Shown here: positions 60,001 to 64,000 of the stretch, piece after piece | How positions within the stretch are numbered: position 1 is the stretch's first letter | Layout: the number at the start of each line of letters is the position of its first letter | Source: Gemmatimonadota bacterium | Lineage (GTDB): Bacteria > Latescibacterota > UBA2968 > UBA8231 | Direction of reading: 5' to 3' | Length of the DNA stretch: 64,000 bases | NCBI GenBank assembly: GCA_038153405.1 | Contig: JAYOYH010000004.1 | Location: 64,001 to 128,000, forward strand | The notes under the pieces: generated by a model | Seen by the model: only the letters and a program-made list of their open reading frames with translations | Told to the model about the DNA's origin: nothing | The model's database searches: none | Made by a program: the position numbers and the translations under genes

Positions 60001-61305
60001 TTAGCCGGCGCGGCGGTACGATGCGGCGAGTAGGATATCGCGCCCGCGCCGCGTGCTGATACGCGGCTTGAGCTGCATGAGCAGAGCGTAGAGCCCAAAG
60101 AGCAGACGGTTGACAAAGATAAAGTGCTTGGAGGCGCGGATATCGCGCCACTGCATAGAGGCGCGAATGTATTCGTTGAGCTGTCGGCGAAACTCGGGAT
60201 CGCCAAAGTCAAAGCTCTCACTTGCATACGGCGTGAGTACGAAGCGGCCAAATTCCCGTAAAAAGGCGTAGAGTTCGTCCTGCGGCTCGGACGATCGCTC
60301 GTCGAGAATGCCCACTTCGCGATAGCAGGAGCGAATGGCCTCGGCGTCGTCCTTGACGTGCGCGGCCAGCATATAGACGCAGGTGTCGAGAAAGTCGCGC
60401 GGAAATTCTTTGACGCAGCCAAAGTCGATGATGCCGAGGCGATCGTCGTCGCGAAAGAGGAAGTTACCCGGATGAATGTCGGCGTGGAAAGAGTAGATAC
60501 CGCGCTCCACTTGGTCGTGGATAAAGTCCCACAGCAGCTGACCAAAGTGATCTATGCGCTGCTGGTCGGGCTGGCCAGCGAGAAACTCACCGAGGTGCAC
60601 GCCCCCTACGTAGGTCATTGTCAGCACGCGCTCGCTGCTCAGTTCGGGCAGCCACTGCGGCATGACGACCCTATCATCGCCGTCGTAGAGACCGCCGAAC
60701 GACTCGATCTGCCGCCCCTCGTTAAGGTAGTCGGTTTCTTCGAGCAGTTTGTCTCGTATTTCCGTGAAGTAAACGTCTATATCCTCGCCCTTGAACAGCG
60801 GGCGAAACAGCGTGCGCGCCATACTCAGATCAGAGCCGATGGTATCGCGCACGTTGGGATACTGGAGCTTAACGGCCAGTTGGCGCCCGTCCTGCCCTTG
60901 CGCCCTATGCACTTGACCGATAGATGCGGCGGCAACCGCCTCGTCGTCAAAGCGCGCAAAAAGCGCCTCGGGATCGGCCCTCAACTCGCGGCGAATTTGC
61001 GCGCGCACTAGCGCGCGGCTCATCGGCGGAACGCGGTACTGGGCGTCGGCCATCACTTCGATAAATTCGTCGGGCAGCACACCGGTATCCATGCTCAGCG
61101 ACTGCGCCAGCTTTAGCGCCGTGCCGCGCAGGCGCGTGAAATCCTTGAATACCTGAGCGGCATTTTCGCGGTTGAGCTGACTGCGCGACGGCGCGCTCCC
61201 CGCCGAGCGGCGCGCGTAGTAGCGGGCGTAGTTCGTGCCCACCTTGAGACCGGTCCCAGCCAGTATCTTGCCGCGCTGCAGCTTGCCGGAGGGGAATTCG
61301 CTCAT
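60001..61305 (-). CDS. AarF/ABC1/UbiB family atypical kinase
   Basis: LKLAQ, AAASIGQVH, VKLQYP, EETDY, HADIHPGNF, IDFGC; ATGA overlap with the TetR gene. Confidence 0.92.
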   Translation of the reverse strand: MSEFPSGKLQRGKILAGTGLKVGTNYARYYARRSAGSAPSRSQLNRENAAQVFKDFTRLRGTALKLAQSLSMDTGVLPDEFIEVMADAQYRVPPMSRALVRAQIRRELRADPEALFARFDDEAVAAASIGQVHRAQGQDGRQLAVKLQYPNVRDTIGSDLSMARTLFRPLFKGEDIDVYFTEIRDKLLEETDYLNEGRQIESFGGLYDGDDRVVMPQWLPELSSERVLTMTYVGGVHLGEFLAGQPDQQRIDHFGQLLWDFIHDQVERGIYSFHADIHPGNFLFRDDDRLGIIDFGCVKEFPRDFLDTCVYMLAAHVKDDAEAIRSCYREVGILDERSSEPQDELYAFLREFGRFVLTPYASESFDFGDPEFRRQLNEYIRASMQWRDIRASKHFIFVNRLLFGLYALLMQLKPRISTRRGRDILLAASYRRAG

Positions 61306-61970
61306 CGCACCCACTCCAGTGCCTTGCCCAAGAGGGCGTTGCCGAAGGGCAGCCGGATCACGTTGTTGGCCATCAGGTATTTGAGCAAGTCTCCGCCGGC
61401 GTATATCAGCTCGCGCGAGCGCAGCGCCTGCCCGACAAAGGCGACGATCTTATCGACCAGTGCCGTTGTGCGCTCGCCATCGGCGCTGTCGTCGGCAATC
61501 CAAAAGCGCACCAGGTGCATGTATTCCTTGGCAAAGAAAGCGGCCAGCGGTTCTGGGGCACAGGTGTCGGCCAGCATCTCGGCAAAAAGCACCTCGACCT
61601 CGCGCTGGAACTGCGACGTGCCCGAAGCGCGAAAAATCTCGCCGACAAAATGCTCTTCGACGAACTCGCGCTGCTCCTGCAGCATATCGAACATCGCGTA
61701 GGCAAAGTTGGCCAGCTTTTCCTCGGCCGGCCAGTCTGCATAATCGGGCACTTCGTCGACCATCGCCCGGTAGCGCTGCACGCAGAGCGGATAGTAGTAT
61801 TTGAGTATCGCACTGCGCGAATGAAAGAGGCGAATGATATCGACTTTCTTAACCCGGGTCTTGCGCGCCAAATTAGCCGTGGTAAAGTTGGCGCGATCGT
61901 CTACGTACAGCTCTATGGCCGCCTCGACGATTTTTTGTTTCTGGGCTAGGTCTCTGTCCGTGCCCGGCAT
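61302..61970 (-). CDS. TetR/AcrR family transcriptional regulator
   Basis: N-terminal HTH-like segment (IVEAAIEL...LARKT.V....F.S); C-terminal FW..DDS...ERT..LVDK. Confidence 0.7.
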   Translation of the reverse strand: MPGTDRDLAQKQKIVEAAIELYVDDRANFTTANLARKTRVKKVDIIRLFHSRSAILKYYYPLCVQRYRAMVDEVPDYADWPAEEKLANFAYAMFDMLQEQREFVEEHFVGEIFRASGTSQFQREVEVLFAEMLADTCAPEPLAAFFAKEYMHLVRFWIADDSADGERTTALVDKIVAFVGQALRSRELIYAGGDLLKYLMANNVIRLPFGNALLGKALEWVR

Positions 61971-62266
61971 GTTACAATGCTCGCTTTCTGCGCCGCGAAA
62001 AGTCGCTGGAAATTAGTGGAATAGCTTCTCAGAAGAACATTTCCAAGAGTCATCAAAATGCAAGAAGCGAAACAAAATAAATGCGCGCGGAGCAGGCGTC
62101 CACACGGAACGATCGCAGCGCACTGGCAAACCTATGTAAACGGCGTTTTAGTGCGGTAAAATGACGTGCGTGGGAAGTCGCATCGTTGGCGGCGATGACC
62201 AGTGGCCCGCCGTGGGCCTAGCAGCGGTTGGGCACACACTTCGCACGGGCGTTACCCGAGCGCAGC

Positions 62267-62671
62267 CTAGCGCACATCGTAGTGTTTCTTGCAGTAGCCT
62301 TGCGCGAAATGCTTGCCCTGGCACTGATCTATCTGGCAGGCGGTGCGCCCGTATATCCTTTCGCGCTCGGGCGTGAGACGACCGTGGCGGCGCACCTGCT
62401 GGTAGTGGCGCGGACAGTAGCCCTTGGCAACGGGCCCGGCCTGGCAGCCGTTTGCCCTGCACTCGCTGTATGCGCTGCTGCGGCTAGTTTCGTACTCCAA
62501 TTCGGGCGTGAGACGACCGTGGCGGCGCACCTGTTGGTAGTGGCGCGGACAATACCCAACCGTGCGCGCTACCTGCTCACACGAAGGCGCCTCGCAACGC
62601 AGCGCGTTGCCTTCTTTAGCTAGATCATCTCGACCGTTTTCCCGTCGGTACGTGCGCATTGCGTCTGACAT
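62267..62671 (-). CDS. Small protein with three Cx4C-x9-CxxHY Zn-binding repeats (VegA / phage HNH N-terminal-like)
   Basis: CEAPSC..GYCPRHYQQVRRHG, CRANGC..GYCPRHYQQVRRHG, CQIDQC..GYCKKHY; GAAGGG RBS. Confidence 0.7.
   Translation of the reverse strand: MSDAMRTYRRENGRDDLAKEGNALRCEAPSCEQVARTVGYCPRHYQQVRRHGRLTPELEYETSRSSAYSECRANGCQAGPVAKGYCPRHYQQVRRHGRLTPERERIYGRTACQIDQCQGKHFAQGYCKKHYDVR
62367..62551. repeat. Intragenic 50-bp direct repeat (62367-62416 and 62502-62551), 49/50 identical, 135-bp period
   Basis: TCGGGCGTGAGACGACCGTGGCGGCGCACCTG(C/T)TGGTAGTGGCGCGGACA occurs twice. Confidence 0.9.
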
Positions 62672-62717
62672 ATACACATCCCTTCGCCTGCTAACTACGG
62701 ATCCTTTACTGGCCTAT

Positions 62718-63626
62718 CTACCCCTTCACCGCACCTAATTGAATGCCGCTTATAAACCACCGCTGGCAGAGCACGAATACGATGATCATGGGAATCAACA
62801 TCAGCACAGAGCCGGCGCAGATAAGGCCGTAGTCGTTGTTATACAAATCCGATAGCTTGGCCAAACCAACGGGCAAGACCATCATCGAGTCGGAATCCGT
62901 CATAATTAGCGGCCATACAAAAGAGCGCCAGTTGCCCAGGAAGGTAAAAATGGCCAGCGCACCCAGCGCCGGTTTGGCCAGCGGCAGCACGACGTGCCAG
63001 AAAACGCCCCACGTCGAGCAGCCGTCAATATAGGCCGCCTCTTCGATTTCACGCGAAACGCCGAGCAGAAACTGGCGCAGCATAAACGTGCCGTAGGCGC
63101 TAAAGCACCCCGGTGCAATCAGGGCAAAGTAGCTGTCCAAACCGACCGGATGACCAATGTACTGGCTTCCAAAATAGAGAAATCCACTAAAAAAATTCGT
63201 GTCGCCAAAGGCGTTCAGCCAAAGCGGAATTTTCTTCATCAATACAAATTGGGGAATCATCAGCACGTCGGAGGGAATCATCATTGTCGCTAGATACCCC
63301 AGAAAAATCACGTCGCGGCCGCGAAACTGCAGGCGCGCAAACGCAAACGCTGCCAGCGCGCTAGTGGAGACTTGCACGGCCGTAATCGTGCTGGCGATAA
63401 ACAGCGAGTTAGCGTAGTAGCGCGCAAAGGCAAATGCCTCTACGACGCCCGTGTAATTGTCCGAGGTCCAGCGCGGCGGAATCCAGCCCAGCGTCACGTC
63501 GACGTTATACTTAAACGATGTGAGTAGGGTCCACACCAGCGGCACGGTCATCAGGCACATCAGGAGCACAAGCGCACCGTAAATGGCGCCCATCTGCCAG
63601 CGCTGCTGCGCGGATACGGGCGACAT
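62718..63626 (-). CDS. Carbohydrate ABC transporter permease (MalG-like)
   Basis: EIEEAAYIDG EAA motif, PLAKP, W.SFVWP. Confidence 0.92.
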   Translation of the reverse strand: MSPVSAQQRWQMGAIYGALVLLMCLMTVPLVWTLLTSFKYNVDVTLGWIPPRWTSDNYTGVVEAFAFARYYANSLFIASTITAVQVSTSALAAFAFARLQFRGRDVIFLGYLATMMIPSDVLMIPQFVLMKKIPLWLNAFGDTNFFSGFLYFGSQYIGHPVGLDSYFALIAPGCFSAYGTFMLRQFLLGVSREIEEAAYIDGCSTWGVFWHVVLPLAKPALGALAIFTFLGNWRSFVWPLIMTDSDSMMVLPVGLAKLSDLYNNDYGLICAGSVLMLIPMIIVFVLCQRWFISGIQLGAVKG

Positions 63627-64000
63627 TACGATGTCTCCAATCGACTGCCGCCATAGCGCCAGTTGATTAGCGTAGCAACAAAGATGAGGGCGAAGAGCAC
63701 CATGGAAATCGTTGCCGCATAGCCGACTTCTAGCTGCTGATACGCTTGCGTGTAGATGTAGTAGCTAATCGTCGTCGTCGAGCCACCCGGTCCTCCACCC
63801 GTCATTATATAAGCTGCTTCAAACCCCCCCTGCAAACCGCCGATCACGCTGGTTACGAGAATAAAAAACGTAGTCGGTGCCAGCTGTGGAATCGTTATGT
63901 AGCGCAGTTTCATCCAGCCGTTAGCGCCGTCAATATCGGCTGCCTCATAGAGTTCAGGAGGGATGTTCTGCAAGCCGGCCAGATAGAGAATCATACTAAA
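63626..64000 (-). CDS. Carbohydrate ABC transporter permease (MalF-like), 5' end truncated by the window edge
   Basis: LAGLQNIP.ELYEAA.IDGA, TGGGP; TAATG overlap with the next gene. Confidence 0.9.
   Translation of the reverse strand, partial: FSMILYLAGLQNIPPELYEAADIDGANGWMKLRYITIPQLAPTTFFILVTSVIGGLQGGFEAAYIMTGGGPGGSTTTISYYIYTQAYQQLEVGYAATISMVLFALIFVATLINWRYGGSRLETS

Noticed and set aside
62367..62551. Direct repeat as a possible CRISPR array
   Set aside because: Only two copies, an in-frame 135-bp period inside a CDS, and no cas genes.
1..64000. tRNA, rRNA, IS elements, integrases or prophage
   Set aside because: None recognised by eye; a covariance-model or HMM scan would be needed to exclude small RNAs.

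Overview
Gene-dense, high-GC bacterial chromosome segment with about 57 CDS. I found no rRNA, tRNA, CRISPR array or recognisable transposase/integrase. It is dominated by catabolic paralog expansions: 7 PhyH-type Fe(II)/2-oxoglutarate dioxygenases, 3 Cys-type sulfatases, 3 enolase-superfamily dehydratases, 3 aldo/keto reductases and 2 Gfo/Idh/MocA oxidoreductases, plus a DUF6785-like membrane protein and a C-terminal 'TAVE..WG.IK' motif. This combination suggests a Latescibacterota/Poribacteria-like organism (inference only). The most striking items are: (1) an animal-type alkyl-DHAP synthase (AGPS) overlapping a DHRS7B/PexRAP-like reductase, a candidate bacterial ether-lipid module; (2) a redoxin coupled to a heme c / PHM-type copper monooxygenase / TPR lipoprotein; (3) two convergent Spy/LTXXQ-like secreted proteins with the same GGAAT-N18-GTCTAA promoter motif, one ending in a putative sorting signal; (4) a ~12 kb operon of two asymmetric ABC exporters, an AKR, a rifampin-phosphotransferase-architecture kinase and a hydrolase, behind a perfect palindrome; (5) a Tat-exported DUF6599/DUF362/polyferredoxin/AKR redox module. 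All family calls come from motif recognition by eye and from remembered sequences; no database searches were run. Many starts were trimmed from the ORF track using RBS position and gene overlaps.
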